This document shows positions 37,888 to 49,400 of a stretch of DNA of 64,000 nucleotides, one piece after another. The notes under the pieces were generated by a model. It was not told the origin of the DNA and did no database searches. It saw nothing but the letters and a program-made list of their open reading frames with translations. Positions within the stretch are counted from its first letter, which is position 1; the number at the start of each line of letters is the position of its first letter. Origin of the DNA: an uncultured Acidobacteriota bacterium (GTDB taxonomy: Bacteria > Acidobacteriota > Thermoanaerobaculia > Multivoradales > SZUA-115). The position numbers were made by a program, and so were the translations under genes. The stretch covers positions 416,001-480,000 of the forward strand of contig CAWDVR010000001.1 in assembly GCA_963805975.1 (NCBI GenBank), in the 5' to 3' direction.

Positions 37888-38468
37888 ACGACCCGGTCGC
37901 CAACCAAGCCCACGCAAAGAGCCTGCTCGAGGCCAAGGCGCGCCTCGTCTCCCGCCAAGTCCTCTGCGCGGGCTCGTTCCTCACCATGACCCGCGAACGG
38001 GTCGAGCTGCCCAACGGCCGCGAGGTGGACCTCGAGCTGGTGCGCCACCCCGGCGCGGCGGCGGTGGTGCCGCTGACCGCCGAGGGCGAGGTGCTGCTGG
38101 TACGCCAGTACCGCCACGCGGCCGACGGCTGGCTGCTGGAAGTGCCGGCCGGCAAGCTCGACGCCGGGGAGACGCCCGAGGACGGGGCGCGGCGCGAGCT
38201 CGAAGAGGAGGCGGGGTTCCGCGCCGGCTCGCTCACCAAGCTGGGTGGCATTCTGCCCAGCCCCGGGTTCACGGACGAGGTGATCCACCTCTTCCTGGCC
38301 CGCGATCTTTCGCCCACCGGCCAGCGTCTCGAGGAGGACGAGCTCCTGACCGTGGAGCGGCTGCCCTTCGCCGAGGCCGTCCTTAGGGCTGCGACGGGCG
38401 AGATCCGCGACTCGAAGTCGGTTTGTGCGCTCTTGAGGGCGGCCCGGCTGTTGGATGGAAAGATCTAG
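37884..38468 (+). CDS. nudF: NUDIX hydrolase (ADP-ribose pyrophosphatase-like)
   Basis: HPGAAAVV, VRQYRH, EVPAGKLDAGETPEDGARRELEEEAG, SPGFTDE, DSKS. Confidence 0.9.
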   Translation: MNDPVANQAHAKSLLEAKARLVSRQVLCAGSFLTMTRERVELPNGREVDLELVRHPGAAAVVPLTAEGEVLLVRQYRHAADGWLLEVPAGKLDAGETPEDGARRELEEEAGFRAGSLTKLGGILPSPGFTDEVIHLFLARDLSPTGQRLEEDELLTVERLPFAEAVLRAATGEIRDSKSVCALLRAARLLDGKI

Positions 38469-38525
38469 GCACGGGCCCGCGTTACTCACCTTGGCAATGA
38501 CACCGAAGCCTCTGGAGCCCGAATC

Positions 38526-39332
38526 ATGAACGAAGCGACCGATCCCCAGGACCCTTTCGCAGCACCGGCGCCCGCCGTGGCCCCCTCGGGCTCGGAGCCG
38601 GCCGCCGATCCCGGGGCCGCGGTCGCGCCCCCCCCCACGACCCCGGAACCCTCGGGCGGCAGCCGCTTCTGGCGCGAGTGGGTGCGCCCGCTGCTGGTGG
38701 TGCTGATCGTGATGGGCTCCTTCCGCTCCGCGCTCGCCGACTGGAACGACGTGCCGAGCGGCTCGATGAAGCCCACCATCGTCGAGGGCGACCGCATCTT
38801 CGTCAACAAGGCGGCCTATGACCTGCGGGTGCCCTTCACCCGCTGGCGCGTGATGCGCTGGGGCGAGCCCCGCGCCGGGGACATCGTGGTGCTCTTCTCG
38901 CCGGAGGACGACAAGCGGCTGGTCAAGCGCGTGGTGGGGGTGCCGGGCGACAAGCTCGAGATGCGCGAGGGCTACCTCTACATCAACGACAAGCCGCTGC
39001 GCTACGAGCACCTGGAGCCCGCCGACGTGGTCTCGCTCGACGAGCGGGACAAGGAGGACTACCGCTTCTGGCGCGAGCAGCTCGGCGAGCACGACCACCA
39101 GCTCATGCTGCCGCCGTGGCCCGGCGCGCGCGGCTACTTCGCGCCCATCCAGGTGCCCTCCGACCAGTACTGGGTGATGGGCGACAACCGCTCCAACAGC
39201 CGCGACTCGCGCTACTTCGGGTTCGTGGAGCGCGGCGCCATCGTCGGCCGCGCCACCCGCGTGGTGCTCTCGGTCGACAAGACCAAGAGCTACAAGCCGC
39301 GCTGGGAACGCTTCTTCCGGCCGCTAGTGTAG
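38526..39332 (+). CDS. lepB: Signal peptidase I
   Basis: VPSGSMKPTI, LVKRVVGVPGD, MGDNRSNSRDSRYFG. Confidence 0.95.
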   Translation: MNEATDPQDPFAAPAPAVAPSGSEPAADPGAAVAPPPTTPEPSGGSRFWREWVRPLLVVLIVMGSFRSALADWNDVPSGSMKPTIVEGDRIFVNKAAYDLRVPFTRWRVMRWGEPRAGDIVVLFSPEDDKRLVKRVVGVPGDKLEMREGYLYINDKPLRYEHLEPADVVSLDERDKEDYRFWREQLGEHDHQLMLPPWPGARGYFAPIQVPSDQYWVMGDNRSNSRDSRYFGFVERGAIVGRATRVVLSVDKTKSYKPRWERFFRPLV

Positions 39333-39364
39333 GCGCCAAGCAGGGGCCGCCCGCCCGGCCGCCC

Positions 39365-39787
39365 CTACACCTTCACACGGCGGCAGCGCACCGCCTGGTC
39401 GCTCCACGCCTTGGGCCGCGAGGCCGCGCCGGCGGCGCCCGGCTCGCCGGGCCGGCAGTCGATCCGGAGCTCGTCGGCCGTGACCTCAGCCAGGCAGTAG
39501 AGGGCCTGGCCGGCCAGCGGCCCGGCGCCGAAGTCCGTGAGGTCGAGGTGGTGGGGCGTGGGCGTGCGGTCGAGCTTGTAGCGCACGTCGAAGGTCTGGC
39601 TCTTGCCCTGGTACTCGATGATCCAGTGGGCCTTGCCGCCGCGCTCGAAGACGAAGGTCTGTGTGCCCTGCTCGGAGTCGATGCCCTCCCACCGACCCAG
39701 GAGCGGTCCGGGCCCGCTGCAGCCGGCACCGAGCCCCAGGGCGAGAAGACCGAGAGCTGAGGGCAGGAGTCGGCGTAAGCTGGGCAT
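39365..39787 (-). CDS. Putative lipoprotein (TIGR03067-like beta-barrel)
   Basis: LGAGC lipobox-like sequence; LLGRWEG; YKLDRTPTPHHLDL. Confidence 0.65.
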   Translation of the reverse strand: MPSLRRLLPSALGLLALGLGAGCSGPGPLLGRWEGIDSEQGTQTFVFERGGKAHWIIEYQGKSQTFDVRYKLDRTPTPHHLDLTDFGAGPLAGQALYCLAEVTADELRIDCRPGEPGAAGAASRPKAWSDQAVRCRRVKV

Positions 39788-39866
39788 GGCGGGAAAGAGG
39801 TGCGCGGGCTCGCGCATCCTACTCTCCGGGCGGCGGCCCGCCAACCACCTCTCTATACTTTCACCC

Positions 39867-40550
39867 ATGGCGCGGCACGTCTCCGACAGTTGGAGCAGCT
39901 ACCTCGGGCCCGGCGCCCTGGCCTCGTTCACCGCGGCCTCGGTCGCCGCGGTCGGCGGGCTCGGCCTGCCCATCGCCTGGCGCCTGCGCCAGGTGCTCAC
40001 CCTGGCGAGGAGGGACGAGCGGGAAGCGGCCGATGTCATCCTGGTGCTCGGCCGCACGCTGGTCGACGATCAGCCGGCGCCGGTGTTCCTCGCCCGGCTG
40101 GATCACGCCGCGGCGCTCTACCACCTCGGCCGCGCGCCCCGCATCGTGGTCGCCGGCGGGCTGACCGGCCGCTCCACCCGTACCGAGGCGGCGGCTGGCT
40201 GCGAGCGGCTGCTGGCGCTGGGGGTCCCGGCCGCAGCCGTGCTCGCCGAGGACGAGAGTCGTCACACGCTCGAGAATCTGTTCAATACCCGCGGGACGCT
40301 CCACCGCGAGGGCTGGACCCGCCTGATCCTGGTCAGCGACCCGCTGCACCTCGCGCGTGCGGCGGCCTACGCCCGTGGTCTGGGCTTGAGCTTCCAGGTG
40401 AGCCCGGCCGCCGCCTCCCCTCCCTACCGGGGCAGCGCCCGATGGTACCTGCGCGCGCTGCGCGAGGCGGCGCTCCTCCACTGGTACCACGTGGGCGTGC
40501 TCTACAGCCGGACGATCCGCTCGGAGAGGATGCTGTCGCGCGTCACCTGA
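39867..40550 (+). CDS. YdcF/ElyC (DUF218) family protein
   Basis: ADVILVLG, RLDHA, VAGG, TEA, EDESRHTLEN, VSDPLHLARA. Confidence 0.9.
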   Translation: MARHVSDSWSSYLGPGALASFTAASVAAVGGLGLPIAWRLRQVLTLARRDEREAADVILVLGRTLVDDQPAPVFLARLDHAAALYHLGRAPRIVVAGGLTGRSTRTEAAAGCERLLALGVPAAAVLAEDESRHTLENLFNTRGTLHREGWTRLILVSDPLHLARAAAYARGLGLSFQVSPAAASPPYRGSARWYLRALREAALLHWYHVGVLYSRTIRSERMLSRVT

Positions 40551-41833
40551 GGCGGGCCGCCTTCGTAGCCGCCGCACTGCTGGCCCTGGTCCTGGCTCCG
40601 GCTCGGGCCCGGGCGGAGGCCGGCCGTTTCGCGGTCCGTGCCGCCCGGATGGTCGATCTCGAGGCCGGCCGCCTCGTCGGGCCGGTGGTCGTGGTGGTCC
40701 GGGGCGAGAGGATCGAGAGCGTCGCGGCAGGGGAGGCGGTGAAGCCTCCGGCCGGCCTCCGCGTGCTGGATCTCGGGGAGCGGACCCTGCTCCCCGGCCT
40801 GATCGATGCCCACGTCCACCTCGCCTGGGGCCCGCCTCCGGCTGGCGCGGCGTCGCAGGATCTGCCCGGCGCGGCCGAGGCCAGGACGACCCTCGAAGCC
40901 GGCTTCACCACGGTGCGCAACCTGGGCTCGACTGCCGAGGCCGACCTGCGGCTGCGCGACGCCATCGCGCGCGGTGACCTCCCAGGCCCGCGCATCCTGG
41001 CCGCGGGGCCCGCGCTGGGCCGGAAGGGAGGAGTCTGCGACACGGTCTTCGCCGGCGAGGGTGTGGTGGCGGGACCCAAGGAAGCGGCGCGGCGGACGGC
41101 CGAGATCCTGCGGCGCGGCGCGGACGTGATCAAGGTCTGCGCCGGCGGCGGGGTCCTCCCCGGCGCGGCGGACGAGGACGCCACCGAGCTCTCGCTTGAG
41201 GAGATCCGCGCCGTGGTCAGGACGGCCCACCGCCGGAGCAGGAAGGTCGCCGCCCATGCCCAGGGCCCGCGCGCCATGGCCAACGCCATCGCCGCCGGCG
41301 TCGACTCGATCGAGCACGGCGGCCTGCTGGACGCCGCGGTGATCCGCAGCCTGAAGGCCGAGCACGTCTTCCTGGTGCCGACTCTCTACCGGCTGGATTG
41401 GGTGGTGGAGCAGGCCGAGAAGAACGGCGCGCCGCCGGAACGGCTCGAGCGGCTCCGCGGCGGCCGGACGCTGGTGCGCGAGCACCTGCGGCAGGCGATC
41501 GCTGCCGGCGTGCCGATCGCGCTCGGCACGGATGCCACCGTGTATCCCCACGGCCTCAACGCGCGCGAGATCGGGGTCTACCTCGAGCTGGGGATGCGGC
41601 CGATCGACGCGCTGCGCGCCGCGACCGTGGACGCCGCCGAGCTGCTGGGCTGGTCGGGGCGGGTGGGGGAGGTCGCCCGCGGTGCCTTCGCCGACCTGAT
41701 CGCGGTGGACGGCGACCCGCTCGCCGACCTCGCGCTCCTCGAGCGGCCGGCCTGGGTGATGAAGGGCGGGACGGTGGTGAAGGATCTGTCTTCTCAGGCT
41801 ACCCGCGCCACCACCGCCACCGCCGTGCCGTAG
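40547..41833 (+). CDS. Secreted metal-dependent amidohydrolase (Xaa-Pro dipeptidase-like)
   Basis: [52 protein letters not shown]; start uncertain (CTGA overlap). Confidence 0.88.
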   Translation: MRRAAFVAAALLALVLAPARARAEAGRFAVRAARMVDLEAGRLVGPVVVVVRGERIESVAAGEAVKPPAGLRVLDLGERTLLPGLIDAHVHLAWGPPPAGAASQDLPGAAEARTTLEAGFTTVRNLGSTAEADLRLRDAIARGDLPGPRILAAGPALGRKGGVCDTVFAGEGVVAGPKEAARRTAEILRRGADVIKVCAGGGVLPGAADEDATELSLEEIRAVVRTAHRRSRKVAAHAQGPRAMANAIAAGVDSIEHGGLLDAAVIRSLKAEHVFLVPTLYRLDWVVEQAEKNGAPPERLERLRGGRTLVREHLRQAIAAGVPIALGTDATVYPHGLNAREIGVYLELGMRPIDALRAATVDAAELLGWSGRVGEVARGAFADLIAVDGDPLADLALLERPAWVMKGGTVVKDLSSQATRATTATAVP

Positions 41834-42129
41834 CACAGCACCTCGGTCACCCCGTCCATCACCTCGGTGGCGTCGTAGCGGATGCCGACGACCGCGTTGG
41901 CGCCCAGGGTCTGCGCCTGGGCGATCATCATCTCGAAGGCCTCCGAGCGAGTCTTCTCGCAGAGCTCGGTGAAGAGGGTGATATTGCCGCCGGCCAGCGT
42001 CTGCAAGGCGCCGCCGAGGGTGCCGAAGATCGAGCGCGAGCGCACGGTGATGCCGCGCACCACTCCGAGGTTGCGCTGTATCTGGAAGCCGTCCAGCGTG
42101 AAGGTTGTGGTGGTCATGGCCTGATCCAT
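41794..42129 (-). CDS. YbjQ/UPF0145 family protein
   Basis: AGGAGG RBS; [26 protein letters not shown]. Confidence 0.93.
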   Translation of the reverse strand: MDQAMTTTTFTLDGFQIQRNLGVVRGITVRSRSIFGTLGGALQTLAGGNITLFTELCEKTRSEAFEMMIAQAQTLGANAVVGIRYDATEVMDGVTEVLCYGTAVAVVARVA

Positions 42130-42311
42130 GGGACCTCCTGGCAGGAAAGAGTTGGCGAGCACACTACGGGAGATCGAGGCCGCGGGTTGCGCCGGCGTCC
42201 TCTCGCCGGGGCGCCGAGTGCTTCCCCCGAAGGGCTGGGATGCTGTGGCAGCACCGTTCCTGCTAAACTTGGCGCTCCGCGGATCAACCATCACCACAGG
42301 GAGATTGCAGG

Positions 42312-43670
42312 ATGAGAAGTTCGCTCGTTGCTGGCTTGTCTATCGCTTGCCTCGCCATGGCGGCTCCGGCCTTCGGTGGGGCAGTGTACGTACCCTATGC
42401 GCTCGACGTGAGTGTCGGCGGCACCAACTACGAGACTCAGGTCTGGGCCTCGAACCGCGGCTCCGAGAATCGCCGCTTCCAGACCTATTTCATCGGCGCC
42501 GGCCAGAACGGCACGACGCGGGAAGACGCGACCTTCGGCAGCGTGGGCGTGCCGCCGGGCGCCACCGTGCTGCTCACCGGCGTGGCGCCGACCGACGCCG
42601 TGGGCATGCTGGAGATCAACGGTGCGCCGCAGGTGATGATCAGCGCCCGCATCGTGCCGGTGGGCCATGTGACGGCCTCGTTGGGCGCCAATCTGCCCGT
42701 GATCTCCTCGGAGAACCTCCTGGCCGCGGGGACCACCGTGCATCTCCAGGGGCTGTCGCGAAGCGGCGGGCAGGTGACGGACTTCGTGCTCGCCAACATT
42801 GCCAAGCAAGCTGCTTTCTGCTCGGTGTCGACCTTACGGGCCGATGGCACTTCCCTCGGTCCGGCGGCGCAGTTGACGGTCGCGCCGCTGTCCTTCAACC
42901 GCTATGCAGATTTCCTCGCCGCGCTCGGCCAGGGAGTCGTGAGCGGTGCCCGCCTGGTGGTGAGCTGCGACCAGACCTACTACGCCTACGCCGTGACCTT
43001 CGATACTCAGAACGCGGCCGTCAAGGTGGTGAGCCCGGCAGAGCTCCTGACCTCGGCGCTCGCTCCTCCGGGCACCACGCCGGGGCCGACGGGATGCCCC
43101 GCGGGCGCGATCTGTTTCAGCCGCCCCGGCACGTTCTTCACCCAGGTGCCGCCGGCGATCTTCAAGATCGAGTACTTCGACGTGCCGCCGGGCGTCTACC
43201 GCAAGGTCCACTTCCGTGTCGAGGTGTTCCACGGCGGCTGGGGCGTGCTCTCCGGCCCCGGCGGCCTGCACAGCCTGTTCTGGCTGGTGCGCGATCGCAA
43301 CTTCGACCTGCTGGGCTTCTCGGTGTTCAGGAAGCCGCCGCGCAACGACGTGATGTTCCGCCACGGCATCGGCATCGAGGCCACCCAGAAGCCCAAGATC
43401 TTCTTGCCGGTCGAAGGGGTCCCAGGTCATACCTACGCAATCGACTACACCTACGATATGGGCGCGGGCCGGCTCAACTACAAGATGATCGACCTGACCA
43501 CGGGCCAGGTGGTGGCCGACTACAGCGACGTGCCGAACGTCAACCAGCTCACCATGGCAGCCGGCCAGCGTCTGCGTGCCGACTTCGGCTTCGACGAAGG
43601 CAGGAACGAGAACGAAGACCCGGGCTACAACTGGAAGTACAGCAACCTGACGCTCGAGGTCTACCCGTAG
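42312..43670 (+). CDS. Secreted hypothetical protein
   Basis: Signal peptide; beta-rich; PT-rich linker between two domains; typical codon usage. Confidence 0.75.
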   Translation: MRSSLVAGLSIACLAMAAPAFGGAVYVPYALDVSVGGTNYETQVWASNRGSENRRFQTYFIGAGQNGTTREDATFGSVGVPPGATVLLTGVAPTDAVGMLEINGAPQVMISARIVPVGHVTASLGANLPVISSENLLAAGTTVHLQGLSRSGGQVTDFVLANIAKQAAFCSVSTLRADGTSLGPAAQLTVAPLSFNRYADFLAALGQGVVSGARLVVSCDQTYYAYAVTFDTQNAAVKVVSPAELLTSALAPPGTTPGPTGCPAGAICFSRPGTFFTQVPPAIFKIEYFDVPPGVYRKVHFRVEVFHGGWGVLSGPGGLHSLFWLVRDRNFDLLGFSVFRKPPRNDVMFRHGIGIEATQKPKIFLPVEGVPGHTYAIDYTYDMGAGRLNYKMIDLTTGQVVADYSDVPNVNQLTMAAGQRLRADFGFDEGRNENEDPGYNWKYSNLTLEVYP

Positions 43671-43710
43671 TCGGCAGAGAGTTTCGGAGGGCGGGGTCCG
43701 TCCGTTCACC

Positions 43711-44715
43711 ATGGTCCCAACGAGACCCCGGACGGCACCTCGGTCTCCGGCAAGCAGGGGCGCTTTGTGGCGCTCCTGTGGAGCTCTCCTTTGCGGCTTG
43801 GCCTGCCTGGCAGCCTGGTCTTTTCCCTGGCTACAGTCGTGGCTGCTGGGAGAGGCCGCCAGCCGCTTCTCCGCCGATGGCGCCATCACCCGGCACGGTG
43901 AGACGCTGCTGGCATTCTGCTGGTTTCTGGCGACCGGGCTCCTGGGCATGGCAGGGTTCGTTGCCTGGTTGCTGGCGAGGCCCGGTGGGGAAGAGGAGAT
44001 CAGGCGCTTGATCCGGGACGAGGTACGCCCCCTCGCCGAAGGCGCCAGCCCTGGCTATCGCCTGCTCGCGGCGAGCGCCGGCCTGGCGCTGGGAACCGTC
44101 GTGCTGGGCCTGGCCCTCGGGCGCCGGCGGTGGCTCTTCGTCGAAGACGGCCCCGTCGAGCTCGCCCAAGTGCTCCTGCTCGGCGCCGCCACGGCGCTCT
44201 TCGGCGGCGTCACGGTGCTCTCGGCCGGACCTCGGCGGTGGCCCGCGGGGTGCCTCGCCGGCGGCTCCCTCCTGTGGCTTGGCGAGGAGATCAGCTGGGG
44301 GCAGCGGATCTTCGGCTGGCGCACTCCGGCGGGCTGGGCGAGCCTCAACCTCCAGCAGGAAACCAACCTCCACAACCTGGTCCCGCCCTGGCCGATCGAG
44401 CTGCACAACCTGCTGCCCTGGTCGGCGCTGGTGCTGCTCGTGGCGTCGTTCGCGCTCCGCTGGCGGTCGGGCGCGGGGCGGTCGACCGTGCCCGGCGCCC
44501 TGGTGAGGTGCCTGCCTCCGGTGTCGCTCCTGCCGCTCGCGGTGGCCGCGCTCGCCTGCCAGGGCCTTCGTCTGACCGGTCGAGTTCGCTCAGCCGAGAT
44601 GGAGGAGCTGGTGCTTTGCTGCTTTGCTCTGCTGTGGGCCGTTGCGATGTACCGGGCGCCGCGACCGGTTGCCGTTCAGAAGTCCTCCTGTCCCCGGACC
44701 AGGCCCGCGAGATAG
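43711..44715 (+). CDS. Integral membrane hypothetical protein
   Basis: Multiple TM helices; EDGPVE and GEEISWGQRIFG...N.QQETNLHN motifs. Confidence 0.75.
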   Translation: MVPTRPRTAPRSPASRGALWRSCGALLCGLACLAAWSFPWLQSWLLGEAASRFSADGAITRHGETLLAFCWFLATGLLGMAGFVAWLLARPGGEEEIRRLIRDEVRPLAEGASPGYRLLAASAGLALGTVVLGLALGRRRWLFVEDGPVELAQVLLLGAATALFGGVTVLSAGPRRWPAGCLAGGSLLWLGEEISWGQRIFGWRTPAGWASLNLQQETNLHNLVPPWPIELHNLLPWSALVLLVASFALRWRSGAGRSTVPGALVRCLPPVSLLPLAVAALACQGLRLTGRVRSAEMEELVLCCFALLWAVAMYRAPRPVAVQKSSCPRTRPAR

Positions 44716-45548
44716 TTCCAGCGGAAACCGAGGTCCCAGAGCGTCTCTCGCTGCCACCGGCAGGGCAGCAGGCTCAGCAGAGTGACGGTGGCCGCCGCCA
44801 CCATCGGCCGTGTGACCAGAGGCAGGGCCAGCTCCGGGTGCCGGCGGGCGGCGTACCGTGCGGCCCGTCCCGAGGCGCGGGCGCGCCGGCGGTAGTCGCC
44901 AGGGCCCTCGTAGAGGTGGTCGTGGTAGACCTCGGCCGAGGCGAGGTAGCGCAACGGCCGGCCGCGCCGGTGCTGGCGAAAGCCCCACTCGATGTCTTCG
45001 AGCGCGGGAAGCGAGAGTCTGGGGTCGAAGGGCTCCTCCTCGAACCACGACCTGGGCACGCCCAGGTGAGCGCCCCAGCAGGCGTCCCACGGCGCAGGCC
45101 CCCCGGGCACGAGGCGGCTGAAATTGAACTGATGCCCGGCCGGCGAGAGCCACGTCATGTAGCGGGTCAAGGTGCGCTCCGGGTCCCACTCCACATGGCC
45201 GATGTGGATCGCCTCACCGGTCACCGCCAGCGCCTGCCAATGCGCCAGCAAGCAGCACTCGTCGGGCCGAGTGTCGTCGTTGAGGAAGAGCAGATAGGGA
45301 GCCTGGGCCCGCGACGCCCCGAGGTTCTTGGCCGGGCCGGTGCCCCCGGCGGGTTGGGAGACGACGTGCACGGGAAAAGGCCAACCCCTTTCGGCCACCG
45401 CCCGTGAGGGCGGCTGGTCCCCGTCCAAAGCCACGATGACCTCGAACGGCGGTGTCGCCGGATCTAGCTTGGCGTAGGCCGCGAGCGACCGCGCGAGGTG
45501 GCAGGGCCGGCCCACAGTGGCGATCACCACCGAGATCACGGGCTTCAA
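44676..45548 (-). CDS. Glycosyltransferase family 2
   Basis: ISVVIAT, FEVIVALDG, AKNLGA, LLFLNDD, EDIEWGFR. Confidence 0.9.
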   Translation of the reverse strand: MKPVISVVIATVGRPCHLARSLAAYAKLDPATPPFEVIVALDGDQPPSRAVAERGWPFPVHVVSQPAGGTGPAKNLGASRAQAPYLLFLNDDTRPDECCLLAHWQALAVTGEAIHIGHVEWDPERTLTRYMTWLSPAGHQFNFSRLVPGGPAPWDACWGAHLGVPRSWFEEEPFDPRLSLPALEDIEWGFRQHRRGRPLRYLASAEVYHDHLYEGPGDYRRRARASGRAARYAARRHPELALPLVTRPMVAAATVTLLSLLPCRWQRETLWDLGFRWNYLAGLVRGQEDF

Positions 45549-45579
45549 GCGAAGCGCTCCTGAGGCCTGGAGGCTTCGG

Positions 45580-46215
45580 TCATCCCGTCCTCACCACCCA
45601 GGTAGTCATTGCCCGGAGGCCGTCGACCACTGTGGTCTTGATCGGCTCGAGGAGCTGGCCTCCGACGAGCTCGGTGAAGCGCAGCAGGAGGTCGCGGTCC
45701 ACTAGGAAGCGGACGCTGCCCTCGGGCTGCTTGAAGCGCCGGCCGCCGCGCGGCTCGAGCCGGTCCTCCATGCCGATGGTGGAGCCCAGGCGCACGAAGA
45801 GCATGCCGCCGGGTGTCAGCACCCGGCCCATCTCGGCCACCATGCGCGTCGCGTGCTCCTCGTCGCTCGCGAAGTGGAGGACGGCCGAGGAGACCACCAC
45901 GTCGAAGTAGGAATCGGGGAAGGACATGGCCTCGACCGGCTCGTGGCGGAAGTTCTCCGCCGGCAGGCGGGGCGCGAGCCGCGCGGCGAGGCGGCGCGTC
46001 TCCTCGACCGCCTCGCCCGAGCGGTCCGTGCCGTAGATCTCCACCCCGGAGCGCAGCAGATAGGCGAGGTTGCGGCCGGAGCCGCAGCCGGCGTCCAGCA
46101 GGCGGTCCTCCGCCCGGATGCGGCCTTTCAGGAGCTGGTCGAAGAGGTAGATGTCGAGGTCGCCGAACTCCTCGCGAAGCTCGGTGAGCGAGGGTGGGCT
46201 CACGGGTTCGCTCAC
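45580..46215 (-). CDS. Class I SAM-dependent methyltransferase
   Basis: DIYLFDQLLKGR, LLDAGCGSGRN, FDVVVSSAVLHFA, LTPGG; GTG start at 46215 assumed. Confidence 0.88.
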   Translation of the reverse strand: MSEPVSPPSLTELREEFGDLDIYLFDQLLKGRIRAEDRLLDAGCGSGRNLAYLLRSGVEIYGTDRSGEAVEETRRLAARLAPRLPAENFRHEPVEAMSFPDSYFDVVVSSAVLHFASDEEHATRMVAEMGRVLTPGGMLFVRLGSTIGMEDRLEPRGGRRFKQPEGSVRFLVDRDLLLRFTELVGGQLLEPIKTTVVDGLRAMTTWVVRTG

Positions 46216-46463
46216 GCAAAGATGCGCCGGGCCCGCTGGCCGGCCTCGGGGTGCGTGTTCAGCATGGCAAGGGCCTGCCGGTTTGCCCAGGCGTCGTAGG
46301 TGAAAAGACGTTCGAGGTGAGAGCCCATTCTCGTCTCCTGTTGTAGCCATGGATCGATTCCAGAGGCTCCTTTCGCAAGTCCTTGCCACGGTAAGGTTGC
46401 TGGGCTACTCTATGGGCTGTCCATAAACTGTAGACGGTAGTCGAAGTCTGGAGGATCTGAGCC

Positions 46464-49400
46464 ATGGCGCGTGTCCGCCGCAGCCGTACGGTACTCGGTG
46501 CTTGGGTACTGATCTGCCTTCTCAGCGTTACACTCACCGGAGCGCAGGTCTTCGCGGCCGGGTTCAAGATCACCGAGATCGTGCCTTCCGGTGAGGTCAA
46601 GGGCGTTGGGTCCACCGGGGCCCCCGGAAGCAGTCCCACTGCCGTCTTCACGCCGCTCGGCCAGACCTTCGCCGGCGAGACCGAGCCCAACGGCACGTCG
46701 GCAACCGCGACGCCGATCGTCGGCACCAACGTGGTCATCAAGGCGAACATCGTCCCCAATGCCGACCAGGACTTCTACAGCTTCACCGCGGCGGCGGGGG
46801 ACCGGGTCTACGCCGCCACCCAGACCTCCCACTCGGGCAGCGCCTCGACGGACAGCATCCTCGAGCTCTTCCAATCGGACGGCACGACCCTGATCGAGGG
46901 CGACGAGGACGACGGCAGCTTCGGCACGCTTTCCTCCAGCATCGCCAACGTGACGATCCCGAGCGCCGGCACATTCTTCCTTCGCGTGCGGCACAACTCG
47001 GCGACCGTGCAGCTCCGGCCCTACTACCTTCACTTCCAGCTCCGCAGCGGCACCCCCACGCCCGAGACCGAGAGCAACGACACCTTCCCCGGCCAGGCCC
47101 TGCCGGCGGGCGGCTGGGTCAGCGGCTCGACCAGCGCGCTGGCCGACATTGACTTCTTCTCGCTCTCCCTCAATGCCGGCGACACCGTGTACCTCTCCCT
47201 GGACCTCGACCCCGAGCGCAACGGCGACTGGAACGGCCAGCTCGGCCTGGGGACCTTCGGCACCCCGCCGCTGATCCTGGTGGTCAACGACTCCGGCGCC
47301 GGGTTCGCCCCCTTCACGGCCCCGGACTCCGAGGCCTACTTCATGACCGTGAAGACCACCGGCACCTATGCGGTTCTGGTCAACGTCCCGACCGGCGGCA
47401 CGACGTTCGGCACCTACACCCTGAGCGTCAGCGTCCATCCGAACACCACCGAAGGCGTCAACTGCACCACCTACACCTCGACCGACGTGCCCAAGGCGAT
47501 CCCCGACGCCGGCGCCGCCGTCACCTCGGTCCTCACGGTTCCCGGCAACCCCAGGATCGCCGACATCGACGTCTCCGTGGCCGGCACCCACACGTTCATG
47601 GCGGACCTCGACTTCCACCTGATCTCGCCGGCCGGTAACGACAACGGCCTCTTCACCGACGTCTTCAATGCCACCACCGGCGGCCAGTCGTCGCTGGACG
47701 TGACGATCGACGACGAGGCCGGTACGCCACCCTCGTTCCAGGTCTCGGCCGGCATGGTCCACCAGCCGGAGCTCAACTACCGGCTCTCCTGGCTGGACGG
47801 TGAGAACGCCGGTGGCACCTGGACGCTCTCCATCCGCGACGACGTCTCGGTCGACACCGGCACGCTCACCGGCTGGAGCCTGACCATCTGCGAGCCCGCT
47901 CCGGCGCCGGCCTGCGCCCCGGGCTTCGCGCCGCAGACCGTGTTCTCGACCGACTTCGAATCCGGCGCCGCCGGCTTCACTCACTCTGGCGCGCAGGACG
48001 AGTGGGAGCTCGGCCTGCCGGCGACCGCCGCCACCACCCTCGCCAACCCGGTGGCCGCGTTCACCACCTGCAACAGCGGCACGAGCTGCTGGAAGACGGA
48101 CCTCGACAACACCTACAACGCGAGCAGCAACCAGGACCTCCTGTCGCCTGCCATCAATCTGGCGGGCCTCTCGGCGCCGGTGGTGATCAACTGGGCGCAC
48201 CGCTATCAGATGGACACGGCCACCAACGACCATTACACAGTGAGCCTCCAGCCGGTGGCCACCCCGGCCTCGGCCGTGCGCCTCTTCGAGTTCCTGGACG
48301 CCGTGATGACCGACGCCGTGGGCACGCCGGTGGCCAACATCGGCGCCAGCGCCGGCTGGGGCAACGTCAGGGCGCGCGCCGATGCACTGGCCGGCCAGAA
48401 CACCGAGCTGGTCTTCCATCTGGACAGCGGCACTGGCACCACCAACTTCGGCGGCGCGGCGATCGACGACGTGACGGTCACCGCCTGCCGGGCGCTCTCC
48501 GCCGACCTCTCGATCACCAAGACTGATGGCGTCACCACCGCGGTGCCGGGCGGCTCGGTGACCTACACGATCACGGCCTCGAACGCCGGCGTGGACCCGG
48601 TGACCGGCGCCACCGTGGCGGACACCTTCCCGGCCTCGCTCACCTGCACCTGGACCTGCGTGGGCGCGGGCGGCGGCACGTGCACGGCGGCCGGCTCCGG
48701 CAACATCAACGACTCGGTCAACCTGCCCTCCGGCGGCTCGGTGACCTACACCGCCTCCTGCACTATCTCGGCCAGTGCCACCGGTACGCTCTCCAACACG
48801 GCGACCGTGTCGAGCAGCGTCGCCGATCCGGTCCCCGGCAACAACAGCGCCACCGATACCGACACGCTGACGCCGCAGGCCGACCTCGCGGTCACCAAGA
48901 CCGACGGCGTGACCTCGGTTGGCCCCGGCGGCTCCCTGACCTACACCATCGTGGCCTCGAACCCGGGTCCGTCGAACGCGACTGGTGCAACGGTTGCGGA
49001 CACCTTCCCGGCCTCGCTCACCTGCACCTGGACCTGCGTGGGCGCGGGCGGCGGCACCTGCACGGCGGCGGGCGCCGGCAACATCAACGACACCGTCAAC
49101 TTGCCCTCCGGCGGCTCGGTGACCTTCACCGCGAGCTGCACGGTCTCGCCCTCGGCCGCCGGGTCGATCTCCAACACTGCGACCGTCGCGGCCCCGGCCG
49201 GCGTGACCGATCCCAACCCGGGAAACAACTCGGCGACCGACACCGACACCGTGGCGCAGTCGGCTGACATCGCGGTCACCAAGACGGACGGCGTGACGAC
49301 CGCGGTGCCCGGCCAGACCACGACCTACTCCATCGTGGTCTCGAACTCCGGCCCGAGCAGCGCGCCGGCCGTGCTCGTCACGGACAGCTTCCCGGCAGCC

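Noticed and set aside
46265-46390. Sigma-54-like TGGCAAG...TGC sites around the surface-protein promoter
   Set aside because: GG-to-GC spacing is 9 nt rather than the required 10.
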